Below are positions 35,187 through 45,980 of a DNA stretch of 64,000 nucleotides, piece after piece. Location of the stretch: assembly GCA_034440375.1 (NCBI GenBank), contig JAWXBZ010000235.1, positions 32,788-96,787 on the forward strand. The letters are read 5' to 3'. Position 1 is the stretch's first letter, and every line of letters begins with the position of its first letter. A program made the translations under genes and the position numbers. The stretch comes from Candidatus Eiseniibacteriota bacterium. GTDB lineage: Bacteria; Eisenbacteria; RBG-16-71-46; JABDJR01; JAWXBZ01. The notes beneath the pieces are model-generated. The model had not been told where the DNA came from and did not search any database. It worked only from the letters and a program-made list of their open reading frames with translations.

Positions 35187-36269
35187 ATGGATTTGACGGC
35201 GGACAACGCGCAACGCGATGTTCACGCCACCGACGTCCTCATCGTCGGCGCCGGCCCGATCGGGCTTGAACTGGCCGTGGCGCTCAAGGGAGCCGGCGTT
35301 CCGTACGTGCAGGTCGACGCCGCGTCGATCGGTCACACGATCACCGGCTATCCCCGGCAGGCCCGATTCTTCTCCTCACCCGAGCGGATCGCCATTGCCG
35401 GCGTGCCGCTGGTCACCGTCGACCAATCGAAAACCAGCCGCGAGGAATACCTGGCCTACCTCCGCGGTGTCGTGGACCAGTTCAATCTGGATGTGCGGAC
35501 ATTCGAGCGGGTCGTCGAGATACGGGTCGGCGCCGAGGGGCCGGGAAGATTTCGCGTGACGACACAATCGTCCGGTGGGACGCAACGCTACGAGGCGCGC
35601 CGGGTCGTCCTGGCCATCGGCGACATGGCCGACACGCGGCGCCTCGATATACCGGGTGAGGACCTGCCGCATGTCAGCCACCTGTTCGACGAGCCGCATC
35701 GCTACTTTCGCCGGCGACTGCTCATCGTGGGAGGCAAGAACTCGGCGGTGGAAGCTGCCATTCGATGCCATCGGGCCGGCGCGCGCGTCAGCCTGAGCTA
35801 CCGGGGCGAGCGATTCCCCGAGAAGTCGGTCAAGTACTGGCTGCTGCCGGAGATCGAATCGTTTGTTGCGCAGGGGCACATCAAGTTTCTGCCGCGGACC
35901 GTGCCGGTGGTCATCGATGCCACGAAAGTGAGCCTGTCACGCCTCGATGAGCCGGCCGGCTCGGATCTCCTGCAAGTCCCGGCCGATTTCGTTCTGCTGC
36001 TCGTCGGTTATCGCGCCGACACGACGCTGTTCGAGATGGCCGGCGTGACGCTGGAGGGGGAGAACCGTGGCCCCCGGCACGACCCGGCCACGATGGAAAC
36101 CGATGTGCCGGGGTTGTACGTCGCCGGGACGGCCGCCGCCGGCACGCAGCACCATTTCAAGCTGTTCATCGAGAACAGCCACGTGCATGTGGATCGGATC
36201 TTGTCCCATTTGACGGGACGCCCGCTGCCAACGCGCGTTGCCAGGGGATTCAGCCTCCCCGAGAGTTAG
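35187..36269 (+). CDS. YpdA-like FAD/NAD(P)H disulfide oxidoreductase
   Basis: IVGAGPIG, FFSSPERIAI, REEYLAY, IPGEDLPHVSH, GGKNSA, KYWLLP, FIENS. Confidence 0.82.
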   Translation: MDLTADNAQRDVHATDVLIVGAGPIGLELAVALKGAGVPYVQVDAASIGHTITGYPRQARFFSSPERIAIAGVPLVTVDQSKTSREEYLAYLRGVVDQFNLDVRTFERVVEIRVGAEGPGRFRVTTQSSGGTQRYEARRVVLAIGDMADTRRLDIPGEDLPHVSHLFDEPHRYFRRRLLIVGGKNSAVEAAIRCHRAGARVSLSYRGERFPEKSVKYWLLPEIESFVAQGHIKFLPRTVPVVIDATKVSLSRLDEPAGSDLLQVPADFVLLLVGYRADTTLFEMAGVTLEGENRGPRHDPATMETDVPGLYVAGTAAAGTQHHFKLFIENSHVHVDRILSHLTGRPLPTRVARGFSLPES

Positions 36270-36312
36270 GCTTTCACGGTGCCAAACATCGACAAAGGCT
36301 CCCGGCGCCGCC

Positions 36313-37740
36313 TCACGTCTTCGGAATGGCTTCGAGCTTCTTCTTGAAGTTGGCGATGGCCCGCGGCGACCGCTGCGATTCCGGCATCGCCTCGGCGACC
36401 TGGATCGCTTTCTCCAGTGTCGCGCGGGCGTTCGCATTGTCGCCCATCGCCATCTGAATGTCCGCCCGAACGTCGAGCACGCGGAGCTGACGCGGGCCAT
36501 AAACCAGGTCCAGCGCGCGCGAGTTCGCCTCGAGTGCCTTCGGGTAATCCTTCATCGCCTTGTAAGCCGCGGCGAGACGAGCCGGCGGATTGTAATCGGC
36601 CGGAAGATCCCTCTCCGCCTGGAGCAGGAAGGTTACGGCCTTGGCGGGTTCATTCAACTCGAGATAGGCCGATAGCCGGTGCGAATCGAAGACGGCGCGC
36701 GCCTCCGGCGTCGGCGCCCGCTTCGCTTCCTTGTCGAGGAAGTTGGCCCACTCACGCGTCAGCGCCAGCGCGCCGAGCGAATCGCCCAGGGCTTCACGGG
36801 CACCGATCAACGTGATGTAGATGCCGGACCGATCGTCGCCGGTGGCCGGAATGGTCGCATCGTTCAGGACTTTGCGCGAGGCGGCCTCAAACTCGGCCAC
36901 GCGCTGCTTCCTCCCCTCGGCGTCGTCCGGCAGGTGGGCGGCCGCGTCCAGGCCGCTCGTGGCCACCGCCGCCGCCGAGGAGCCGTTGCCAAGCCGGGGC
37001 CACGCCTCGGTGGCCAGCTTCAGGATCGCCTGGTTGTCGCCGGTGTTCGACAGGCTGAACAGGGCCGACTCGACCGCGCGGCCGTAGGAGGCCCAGTCGT
37101 CCGGCGCCATGTCGATGGCCGTCCGGTAGACCACTGCGGCCATGGAATCCTGCTCGGCGGCATAGTAACGGTCGGCCCGCGCCAGAAGATCCGCCAGGAG
37201 GAGATCGTTGGCGCCACCAGAGCCTCCGGAAGTATTTTCCCTCTTGTCCGGATGAATTCCGGCCCACACCTGGGCTGGGTCGCCTCCCAGAAGCCCCGGG
37301 TTGGCCCAGGCGTTTTCGACGAGGCGGTGCCCGTCATTCAGAATTCGCTTGAGGCCGGGAACCGTGGCTCCGCCAACCCAGCGAAGTGCGATGCGCTCGC
37401 TATCCGGTTCGACGATGAAATAGGTCGGCAGGGCTCGAAGCGGATACTTCTCGAGCACGTACGCGTTCTCGGGGCGGTCGGTGTCGATCTCGAGCCAGAC
37501 GAACCGTCCGGCTTCGCTCGCGAGGGCGGGGTCGGTGAAGACCACGGCTCTCATCGAGCGGCACGAGTGTCACCAGGGTGCCCAGGCTTCGATGAAGATC
37601 GGAAGCCGTTTCTCGCGGGCTTGTGTCAACGCAATCTTGTAATCGTCGACGAAGGGGAGAACCGGGCCGGCGCTGGCTACCGTCACAGCGGCCATCGACA
37701 GCACGACATGGGCCACGAGGGCCAGGCGCAGGTGTTTCAT
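36313..37740 (-). CDS. Exported thioredoxin-fold + TPR protein, candidate selenoprotein (UxxC)
   Basis: ATG 37740 is in frame with the 413-aa ORF through one TGA (37572-37570): signal peptide, LPFVDDYKIALTQAREKRLPIFIEAWAPW-U-HSCRSM, cis-Pro ALPT, TPR tail. Confidence 0.82.
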
Positions 37741-37820
37741 GCCGTCATGCTACCAGACACGGAGTTCGAAAGTCAGCCGCCACTGGACGCCGGAAGCCAC
37801 AACGGTTACAACTTGCCGCC

Positions 37821-40469
37821 ATGAGCCTGGCCGCCGGGACCCGCCTGGGTCCCTACGAAATTGCCTCCCCCCTCGGCGTCGGGGGAATGGGCGAAGTGTA
37901 TCGAGCCCGCGACACCCGCCTTGGCCGCGATGTGGCCATCAAGGTCCTTCCGCCTCATCTGGCAGATTCGGCTGACAGCCGGGCCCGCTTCGAGCGGGAA
38001 GCGAAGGCCATCTCCAGCCTGAACCACCCCCACATCTGCACACTTTTTGATGTCGGCCGTGAGGGGGAGACCGACTACCTCGTCATGGAGCTCGTCGAGG
38101 GGGAGACACTGCAAAAGCGCCTGGAGCGTGGGCCCCTGCCGACCGACGAGGTGCTGAAGCTTGGCATGCAGATCGCAGATGCCCTCGACAAGGCGCACCG
38201 GCAGAACATGGTTCACCGCGATCTGAAGCCGGCCAACGTCATGCTGACCCGGACCGGCGCCAAGCTCCTGGACTTCGGCCTGGCTCGCGCCACCGGCCTC
38301 GCCGGAAACGTCAGCGAGCTGACCAGTTCGCCCACGATGACCCGGGCGTTGACCACCGAGGGGACCATCGTCGGTACGTTTCAGTACATGTCGCCGGAAC
38401 AGCTGGAGGGGCAGGAAGCCGACGCCCGCAGCGACATCTGGGCTCTCGGTGTGACCTTGTACGAAGCGGTGACCGGCAAGCGCGCCTTCGAGGGACGAAG
38501 CCAGGCCTCGCTGATCGGCTCGATCATGAACACCGAGCCGAGTCCGGTCACCAGCGTAGCCACACTGGCGCCGCCGACGCTGGAACGATTGATTCGCGGG
38601 TGCATGACCAAGGATCCCGACGAGCGGATTCAGACGGCTCATGACGTCAAGCTGCAGCTCCAGTGGATACAGGAAGGCGGGTCGCAGGCCGGCATTCCGC
38701 TACCGGTGGCGGCGCGCCGGCGTTCCCGCGAGCGGGTGCTGGTGATCGCCACGGTCGTATCGGCCCTGGCGACGGCGGTGCTGGCGGCCAAGATGATGCT
38801 GACGCAGGAACCCGAGTCTCCGGTGTACCGCTTCGAAATTCCGCCACCGTCCGGCATCCGGTTCATGGATGCGCCCCGCATTTCCCCCGACGGAAGGATG
38901 ATCGCCTACAACGCCACCGACTCCGTCGGTGTGTCGCGCATCTATCTGCGCCCGCTCGATGCGCTGGTGGCCCGGCCGCTCGGCGGCACCGAGGGGACGC
39001 TGCGCCCCTTCTGGTCGCCGGACAGCCGCTTCCTCGGATTCATGGCCGGCGGCAAGTTGAAGAAGGTGGAAGTGACCGGAGCCCCGCCCATCGTGGTCTG
39101 TGATGCCCCGACCGGGGCGGACGGCTCCTGGGGCGTGAAGGGGGACATTCTCTTCGACGGCCGCGCGGACGATCCGATCCGGCAGGTCTCTTCCGGAGGT
39201 GGCGTGCCGGTCCTGGCGGTCGGTCGGGATACGGTCAAGAATGTCACCCAGGTCGGCTGGCCGGAATTTCTTCCGGACGGGCGTCACTATCTCTTCCTGG
39301 CCATCGGCGCGAATTCGCGGCTGGCGGTCGGCGAGCTGGGCTCCACGAAGATCGTCGATCTCGGTCCCTGCGATTCCCAGATCAAGTTCGTGCCGCCGGG
39401 ACACATCCTGTTTTCCCGGGGCGGCACGCTGGTGGCCCAGCGGTTCGATGCCGGGTCGCTCAAGTTTCGGGGTGATCCGGTGCCGATCGCCGAGAAGGTG
39501 TCGACCGACGCCATCGGAACCTCCGAGTTTCATGCCTCCGACAACGGCATCCTGGTTTTCTCGACCCGGCGCGCCCAGCGGGGGCGACTGGTGCGCCTCG
39601 ACCGCGAGGGGCGCGAACTGGGCGTGGTCAACGCCCCGGCCTCGGGCTTTCATCCGGCCCTCTCGCCGGACGGGCGCCGCCTGGTGTTTCGAGCCGTCGA
39701 TGACGTCTCGCGCAGCCGTGATCTCTGGCTGGTCGACCTGGTCCGCGATGTCGCGACCCGATTCAGCCATGACGTCGGCAATGAGAATTACCCGGTCTGG
39801 TCGCCGGACGGCCGCAAGGTCATTTATTACTCCGATGGAGTCGGATCGGCGGGCCTGTATCGGAAGGACGTGACCGGTGCCGGCAAGAGCGAGATGATTT
39901 ATCCCTTTTCGACCAGCGAATGTATCCCGACCTGTTGGTCCGCCGATGGCCGGCTGCTCTTCTTCGACCGCGCCGGCGTCGAGGGGCGCAGGGATATCTA
40001 CGTGCTCGACTTGACCCGCCCTGGCTCCGAGCCGACGGCGTTCCTGGATGCGCCCTTTGATGAATGGCAGTCCACGCTTTCGCCCGATGGCCGCTACCTG
40101 GCCTATACCTCGTTCGAATCGGGGCGCAACGAGGTGTACGTGCAATCGTATCCGGACCGCGCGGACAAGTGGCAGGTTTCGACCCACGGCGGCAATGAAC
40201 CGACCTGGAGTGCCGATGGCCGCCAGCTCTATTACCTGTCGGCGGAGCAGAACATGATGTCGGTGTCGACCGGCAATGGCCAGGGGTTCGAACCCGGCGT
40301 GGCCGAGCGGCTCTTCGCGGCCGTCGTGCTGCAGGCAGACGGGCCTCGCGTCCACTACGTCGTCACGCCCGACGGTGGGACGTTTTACATCGTGGCCCCG
40401 GGCAGCTCCCAGGCATTGCCGAGCACCTACGTGGTCGTGAACTGGTCGAAGGCGTTTCAGCAATCCTGA
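37821..40469 (+). CDS. Ser/Thr protein kinase with TolB-like beta-propeller
   Basis: GVGGMGEVY, VAIK, HRDLKPAN, DFGLA, YMSPE, TM, repeated WSPDG. Confidence 0.95.
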   Translation: MSLAAGTRLGPYEIASPLGVGGMGEVYRARDTRLGRDVAIKVLPPHLADSADSRARFEREAKAISSLNHPHICTLFDVGREGETDYLVMELVEGETLQKRLERGPLPTDEVLKLGMQIADALDKAHRQNMVHRDLKPANVMLTRTGAKLLDFGLARATGLAGNVSELTSSPTMTRALTTEGTIVGTFQYMSPEQLEGQEADARSDIWALGVTLYEAVTGKRAFEGRSQASLIGSIMNTEPSPVTSVATLAPPTLERLIRGCMTKDPDERIQTAHDVKLQLQWIQEGGSQAGIPLPVAARRRSRERVLVIATVVSALATAVLAAKMMLTQEPESPVYRFEIPPPSGIRFMDAPRISPDGRMIAYNATDSVGVSRIYLRPLDALVARPLGGTEGTLRPFWSPDSRFLGFMAGGKLKKVEVTGAPPIVVCDAPTGADGSWGVKGDILFDGRADDPIRQVSSGGGVPVLAVGRDTVKNVTQVGWPEFLPDGRHYLFLAIGANSRLAVGELGSTKIVDLGPCDSQIKFVPPGHILFSRGGTLVAQRFDAGSLKFRGDPVPIAEKVSTDAIGTSEFHASDNGILVFSTRRAQRGRLVRLDREGRELGVVNAPASGFHPALSPDGRRLVFRAVDDVSRSRDLWLVDLVRDVATRFSHDVGNENYPVWSPDGRKVIYYSDGVGSAGLYRKDVTGAGKSEMIYPFSTSECIPTCWSADGRLLFFDRAGVEGRRDIYVLDLTRPGSEPTAFLDAPFDEWQSTLSPDGRYLAYTSFESGRNEVYVQSYPDRADKWQVSTHGGNEPTWSADGRQLYYLSAEQNMMSVSTGNGQGFEPGVAERLFAAVVLQADGPRVHYVVTPDGGTFYIVAPGSSQALPSTYVVVNWSKAFQQS

Positions 40470-40496
40470 TCAAAAGCCCCGGATTGCCACGCCCGG

Positions 40497-43280
40497 TCAT
40501 GGCAGCGTGGTCAGATCCCCCGCGACGATCGTATTGAGCTTTGCCGGGTCGAGGTGTTTTTTCAGGGCGGCGTCGACTTCCGCCTTCGTGACGCGGCGGA
40601 AGCGCTCCGGATATTCGTCGAGATAGCCGGGGCCGAAGCCGAATTTCTCCGCCTCGACCAGCGCCCGCGCGACGCCGGCATTCGAGCCGAGCCGTACCTG
40701 GTAATTGCCGGCGAAGTAACTCTTGCCGGTGGCCACCTCCGCCTCGGTGATCCCTTCCTTCGCGTACGCCCGGATCACTTCCATCGTCGAGGCCATCGCC
40801 TTGGATAGATTTTGCGGGGCCACGTTGACATTGACCAGCCAGAGCCCGTCGAGTGCGTCGGTCCAGGTGAATCGAGAGGAGAGGCTGTACGACAGCCCTT
40901 CGGTATCACGCACTCGTTTGCCGATCCGGGAGGAAAGGGAGTTCTGGCCGAGCGCGGCATTGGCGATCAGCGCCGCCTCGAAATCGGAATCGGTGCGACG
41001 GAGGCCGGACGCCTGTCCGGCGATGAAGTTCATGTTGGCCTTGCCCGGAATCGTCACCACGGACTTCTGTGCTGCCTTCGGTGAGATGCGGGGTGCTTCC
41101 AGCGCGGGGGGGACGCCCCTGGGCAGGCCGGCAAAAAAAGCCTCGACCTTGGCCGCTACATCCTCCGCCTTGATATCTCCCACGATCGCCAGCTTCAGCG
41201 AGCTCCCGACGATGCGACTCTTGTGCCAGGCGCGGAGGTCGTCCAGCGTCGTGGTCTTCATGGCCAGAAGGAGCTGGGTATGCTCGCTCTGGCGATAGGG
41301 ATGACCTTCCGGATAGACGATCCGCGACAGTTGTTCGGTGGCGCGCTGTCCGGTGTTCTCGGCGGCGTCCAAGATATCCGACTGATATTCGGCCAGTACC
41401 TTGGTGTACTCGGAGTCGGGAAACGAGGGGTTCTTGAGCTGATCGGCCAGGATGTCGAGCAACAGATCGATATCGCGCGACATCCCGTTGCCGGTGATGA
41501 ACATCTCCAGCGCCCCCGTCCCGATGAACAGGTTGGCGCCGGCCCTGGCCAACTGGTCACCGATCGTCTTCTTGTCGCGGCTTGTGGTGCCTCGCTCCAT
41601 CATCATGCCGGTCAGGGTCGGCACGCCCGGCTTTCCGGTCGGGGCTGTCACCTGGCCGGCCAGCAAGAGGCCTGAGATGGCCACCGTTGGCACCGCGTGA
41701 TTCTCGACCACGTCGAGGACGATACCGTTGGAAAGGACCCGGTGTGTCGTCCGCTCGGCAAACGTGCCGGCGCTGCCGGCGGCCGCGGTTATCGAACTGC
41801 CAAAGGACGCTGCGGTGCCCGGTCCATCCGAACCATCCGGCCTGGCCAAAGCGGTGTTCATGGCCTCGGCGGCCGCTTTCAACGGGGCCATCTGCTCGGC
41901 GCTGGTCGGCACGAACCAGCCGACCGTGGCGCGATCCGGAATGAGATAGAGGGAGGCCACCCGCTTCACATCTGCGGCCGAGACCGCTTTCATCCGATCG
42001 ATGTAGGTGACGAACCATTTCCAGTCAGCCGATGCCACCGCCTCACCGAGGCTCGAGCAAAGGGGAAAGGTGCCGTCGCGGCCCCGGATGACGGCCACCT
42101 CGATCTGCTTGCGCGCCCGTTCCATTTCTGCGGCGGAAACGCCTTCCAGCGCCAGGCGGGCCAGCGTGGCCTTGATGGTCTCCTCCACCTCGGCGTGATT
42201 CTTCCCCGGGGCCACCTGCACATCGATCATCAACGGGTAGGGGTCCCGGAAGGTGAAGTTGGTGGCAAACGCGGAGGTGGCCAGCCCCGTTTCGACGAGT
42301 GACTGATACAGCCGGCTGTTGACGCCGTCCGAGAGAATCGAGTTCAGCACTTCCATCGGCATGAAATCCGGGTGCATGGATCCGGGGCGCAGGTAGCCGA
42401 TCTGCACGATGCCGACGGAACCCGGGCGCTTGATGGTGACCCGGCGTTCGCCTTCCTGCGGCGGCTCGACGGTAATGATCTTCGGAATCGGCCGTTCCGA
42501 TTTCGGGAAGGAGCCGAATTCGCGGTCAAAGAGGGTCAACGCCGACTCCAGGTCGAAGTCGCCGACCAGGATGGCCGTGGCATTGTCCGGATGAAAATAG
42601 GTGTCGTAGTGCTCGCGAAGCTTTTCAGTCGGCACCCCTTCGATATCGGAGCGGTAGCCGATCGTGTCCCAGTGATAGGGGTGCGCCACGATGGCCGCGC
42701 CGATCACCGCCTTCCAGAGCGCCTGATCCGGATCGTTCTCGCCGATCTCGTACTCGTTCCGCACCACCGACATTTCCGGCTGGCGCTCCGCATCGAGAAG
42801 GAGGCCCCGCCCGAGACGGTCCGCTTCAATTTTCAGTGCCAGCTCGAGCTGGGATTTCGGCAGCGTCGAGTAGCCGGTCATCCGATCGTTCCAGGTCGTC
42901 ATGTTGGTGGAGCTGAAATCGGCCCCGGCCGCGTACAAGATTTCCTGAAACGTCGGGTGGCCGTTGGCCTTGCCGTAATTCAGCGTGCTCTTGTTGAAGA
43001 GGAGATGTTCAAGCAGGTGCGCCGACCCGGTATTTCCCGGCGCCTCATTCCGGCTTCCGACGCCGTACACCACCATGAAACTGAACACGGGCGCCGCCGG
43101 ATTGTGCGACACGAGGATCGTCATCCCGTTCGACTTGAGCCGGTAGGGCGAGATGCCGCCGAACGGCTCGAGGGATTCGATGTTGGGGGGGAGGGCGGCG
43201 AGAGCGGGGTCCGTCGCGGCGGCCATCAACAGCAGGGCCAGTGGGGCGAGGAACCGCCCCGACGTCAAACGATTCAGCAT
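40497..43280 (-). CDS. M16 family zinc peptidase, secreted
   Basis: GSRNE, AHLLEHLLF (HxxEH), duplicated M16 halves, RVRDTEGLSY. Confidence 0.92.
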   Translation of the reverse strand: MLNRLTSGRFLAPLALLLMAAATDPALAALPPNIESLEPFGGISPYRLKSNGMTILVSHNPAAPVFSFMVVYGVGSRNEAPGNTGSAHLLEHLLFNKSTLNYGKANGHPTFQEILYAAGADFSSTNMTTWNDRMTGYSTLPKSQLELALKIEADRLGRGLLLDAERQPEMSVVRNEYEIGENDPDQALWKAVIGAAIVAHPYHWDTIGYRSDIEGVPTEKLREHYDTYFHPDNATAILVGDFDLESALTLFDREFGSFPKSERPIPKIITVEPPQEGERRVTIKRPGSVGIVQIGYLRPGSMHPDFMPMEVLNSILSDGVNSRLYQSLVETGLATSAFATNFTFRDPYPLMIDVQVAPGKNHAEVEETIKATLARLALEGVSAAEMERARKQIEVAVIRGRDGTFPLCSSLGEAVASADWKWFVTYIDRMKAVSAADVKRVASLYLIPDRATVGWFVPTSAEQMAPLKAAAEAMNTALARPDGSDGPGTAASFGSSITAAAGSAGTFAERTTHRVLSNGIVLDVVENHAVPTVAISGLLLAGQVTAPTGKPGVPTLTGMMMERGTTSRDKKTIGDQLARAGANLFIGTGALEMFITGNGMSRDIDLLLDILADQLKNPSFPDSEYTKVLAEYQSDILDAAENTGQRATEQLSRIVYPEGHPYRQSEHTQLLLAMKTTTLDDLRAWHKSRIVGSSLKLAIVGDIKAEDVAAKVEAFFAGLPRGVPPALEAPRISPKAAQKSVVTIPGKANMNFIAGQASGLRRTDSDFEAALIANAALGQNSLSSRIGKRVRDTEGLSYSLSSRFTWTDALDGLWLVNVNVAPQNLSKAMASTMEVIRAYAKEGITEAEVATGKSYFAGNYQVRLGSNAGVARALVEAEKFGFGPGYLDEYPERFRRVTKAEVDAALKKHLDPAKLNTIVAGDLTTLP

Positions 43281-43478
43281 CGATCAGCTCCTGGTTTGTC
43301 CGGTGCCAATAGAAAACAGGGTCCTGTCGGGTCGGTCGAGCGCGCGAGGGGGAAGGGGCGAGACTATAAACGAATCAGGTGCCTGCGGCGACTGCCACAA
43401 ACGGGTAGAGGACGCGCCGTCCGCGGGTTTTGTTCAACCACCCCCGATCCGCCGGGACCGGCTATAGTCATCCCCATC

Positions 43479-45980
43479 TTGACAACTCTCCGGGCCGCCT
43501 GTCATCCATGCCGTGAGCTCCTGCCGGTGATCCTGTTTCCTGTGCTGGCCCTGGCCGCAAGCCTCGCCACGGCCGGTCCGTCCCTGGCCCGCATTTTCGG
43601 ATCGGACTACATTCCCATCGAGGCCCCGCGAGATGCCGATCAATACCTGAACGGCGAGTTCACCGGCGATGGGCGGGCGGATCTTCTGGGAATTGAATAC
43701 GACGGATCAATGTGGCTCCTGGTCGCCCGGCGGTCCGGTGGATTCGAGGAGCCGCGCCAGCTGGAGGGTGAAAGCGAATTCGACCCGATGTCGGCGTCGG
43801 ATCTGGACGGCGACGGCCTCACCGACCTCCTCGGCATGACGCGTTCGGGAAATCTCGCCGCCATTCGCCGGGCCAGGCTCGGCGGCGGATTCGAACCGGT
43901 GGAGATTCTTCCGGACACAATTCGAACCCGTTCGATGACAGCCGGCGATTTTGACCGTGACGGTCGCGTGGACGTGGCCGTCGCGGATTCGGATTCGGCC
44001 CGGATTCTGGTGCATTCGTTGGGTGACGACGGCACGTGGGAGGTGTCGATCAGCCGGCCGGTGTCCCCCCGCGCCCACGCGGTCCGAGCGGGCGACTACG
44101 ACGGCGACGGTCAGAACGACCTGATGGTGCAGTTTTCGTCGTTTCAGTTTCTCGGGTTCCGTGGCGGCGTGTCCTTCCGCTCGTCACCACCGGACACGCA
44201 TGCGGTGGACATCTTGTTCAGCCTTGGTCCCGACCGGTGCGTCCTGCGCGACATGGACCGGGATTCGAAGCCGGAAATGGTCCTCATCAGTGGATATGAC
44301 GGAGAACTCTATGTCTGTCGTCAGGAATCCTCCGGCAGCTGGACGGTGGCGAGTCATCGATCGCTCCCGCAACATTGGGGGGGACTGGTCGTGGCCGATA
44401 TTGATGGCGATGCCTGGCCCGATGCCGCCGTCATCGACCAGTCGGGCGCCTACCTCTGGGCTTTTGACAATGACCGGGCCGGCGGCTTCCTTGACCCGCG
44501 GCCCATCCTGCTCCCCGGGCATGGACGCCGCATGGTGGTCGGATCCTGGTTTTCCGACGGGGAGGAGATTGCCGTCAGCACGACGAACGGCATCCTGGCG
44601 CTCGTCGGTCACGATCCGAACGTGCAGCCGGTGAGCAAGACGCTCCTCCAGCTGATGGGACGGGACCACGTGAACGTGTTCCCCGCGGATCTGAACGGTG
44701 ACGGTCATCTGGACCTGGTTCTCGGGCTCCTGGAATCCAACGAGACCGGCACCATCTGGGTGGCGATCGGCGATGGGCAGCGACACTTCGATCTGGTGGA
44801 ACGACCAATCGGATTTCCTCCCCAGGTGATCACGGTGGCCGATGTGACCGGGGACGGTCATCCAGATCTGGTGGCCGCCTCCGGCCCCCGATCGGCCATC
44901 TGGCTCTTTGCCGGTGACGGAAAGGGTGACTTCGAACTGGGTCGCCAGATATTCGCGGGCGACATTGGTGCCAACCTGTTCAGCAAGGCACTCATGGCCG
45001 CCGACCTAGACGACGACGGCGACATCGACCTTGCCCTTCCCGGGCCATTCGGCGAGCTCTGGGTCTTTTCAAATCCGGGAGATGGGCTGTTCGGTTCACC
45101 GGTCGTGGCGCCCGTCCGGGGATTCGTCACCGGCCTCGCGCTGGCCGACGCCGACGATCAGTCCGGACAGGAGTTATACGTCCTCTCCTACCAACCTGGC
45201 CTCATCCAGAGTTTTCACCTGGAGCGAAATGGTCGCCTCGTTCCGCTCCGGGTCCAGGAGTCGATCAGCCGTTCCGATCGACAGACCCTGGCCGATCTGA
45301 ATGGCGATTGCGTCGAGGACTTTCTGCTCCAGGTCGGTTCCGGTGATCGCGTCACGATTCAGTACGGCTACGGCCAGGGCGCTTTCGGGCCACCGGTCTT
45401 CGAACGCCTGGGACGGGAGCTGGCCTGGGCAACGGCCGGTGACACCGATCAGGATGGCCGGGATGATCTCATCGCCTATGCCGAGGGGTCGGGGATTCTT
45501 CTTGTTCGTCGTGGCGTGCCGGGCGGGCTCGGCGACACCGAGGAGTTTGCCGTCGGTGGCGCCCTGCGCGACTACGTTCTGGTCGACCTCGATGCCGATG
45601 GCCGGCTGGATCTGATCGGCACATCGGACAATTCCTCCGATGTCCTGATCATCTGGAACGAGGGGGATCCGATCGAACCGGGTGTCGCTCCCGCGCCGCC
45701 TCGCCTTCAGCTCGCCCGGGTATCGCCGAACCCGGGTCGTGGCCAGGTGCAGCTCGACCTGGCGGGGCTCTCGCCCGGCGAGTCGGTCGAGTTGCACGTG
45801 TTCGACGTCAGCGGCCGACTTGTGTCAAGCCTCGGGCCGACGACATCGTCCGCGGAGCGACTTTGCCTGCGGTGGAACGGCCGCGGTGAGGATGGCTCGC
45901 TCGTTTCCTCCGGCGTTTACACCCTTCGCGTCCGGACAGATCGCGAACAGGTCACCACCCGGATCACCCTCCTGAGATGA
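43479..45980 (+). CDS. FG-GAP/VCBS repeat protein with FlgD-like C-terminal domain
   Basis: Repeated DLxGDGxxDL; tail PNP..VFDVSGRLV..WNGRGEDG..VSSGVY; start uncertain (TTG 43479 or GTG 43527). Confidence 0.85.
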   Translation: MTTLRAACHPCRELLPVILFPVLALAASLATAGPSLARIFGSDYIPIEAPRDADQYLNGEFTGDGRADLLGIEYDGSMWLLVARRSGGFEEPRQLEGESEFDPMSASDLDGDGLTDLLGMTRSGNLAAIRRARLGGGFEPVEILPDTIRTRSMTAGDFDRDGRVDVAVADSDSARILVHSLGDDGTWEVSISRPVSPRAHAVRAGDYDGDGQNDLMVQFSSFQFLGFRGGVSFRSSPPDTHAVDILFSLGPDRCVLRDMDRDSKPEMVLISGYDGELYVCRQESSGSWTVASHRSLPQHWGGLVVADIDGDAWPDAAVIDQSGAYLWAFDNDRAGGFLDPRPILLPGHGRRMVVGSWFSDGEEIAVSTTNGILALVGHDPNVQPVSKTLLQLMGRDHVNVFPADLNGDGHLDLVLGLLESNETGTIWVAIGDGQRHFDLVERPIGFPPQVITVADVTGDGHPDLVAASGPRSAIWLFAGDGKGDFELGRQIFAGDIGANLFSKALMAADLDDDGDIDLALPGPFGELWVFSNPGDGLFGSPVVAPVRGFVTGLALADADDQSGQELYVLSYQPGLIQSFHLERNGRLVPLRVQESISRSDRQTLADLNGDCVEDFLLQVGSGDRVTIQYGYGQGAFGPPVFERLGRELAWATAGDTDQDGRDDLIAYAEGSGILLVRRGVPGGLGDTEEFAVGGALRDYVLVDLDADGRLDLIGTSDNSSDVLIIWNEGDPIEPGVAPAPPRLQLARVSPNPGRGQVQLDLAGLSPGESVELHVFDVSGRLVSSLGPTTSSAERLCLRWNGRGEDGSLVSSGVYTLRVRTDREQVTTRITLLR

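Noticed and set aside
35187-37740. YpdA-like reductase and UxxC thioredoxin as a direct redox pair
   Set aside because: Genes are convergent and the products are predicted in different compartments
42372-43478. N-terminal third of the 1202-aa ORF
   Set aside because: Mostly antisense to the M16 peptidase; the real protein starts at the signal peptide near 43479-43527
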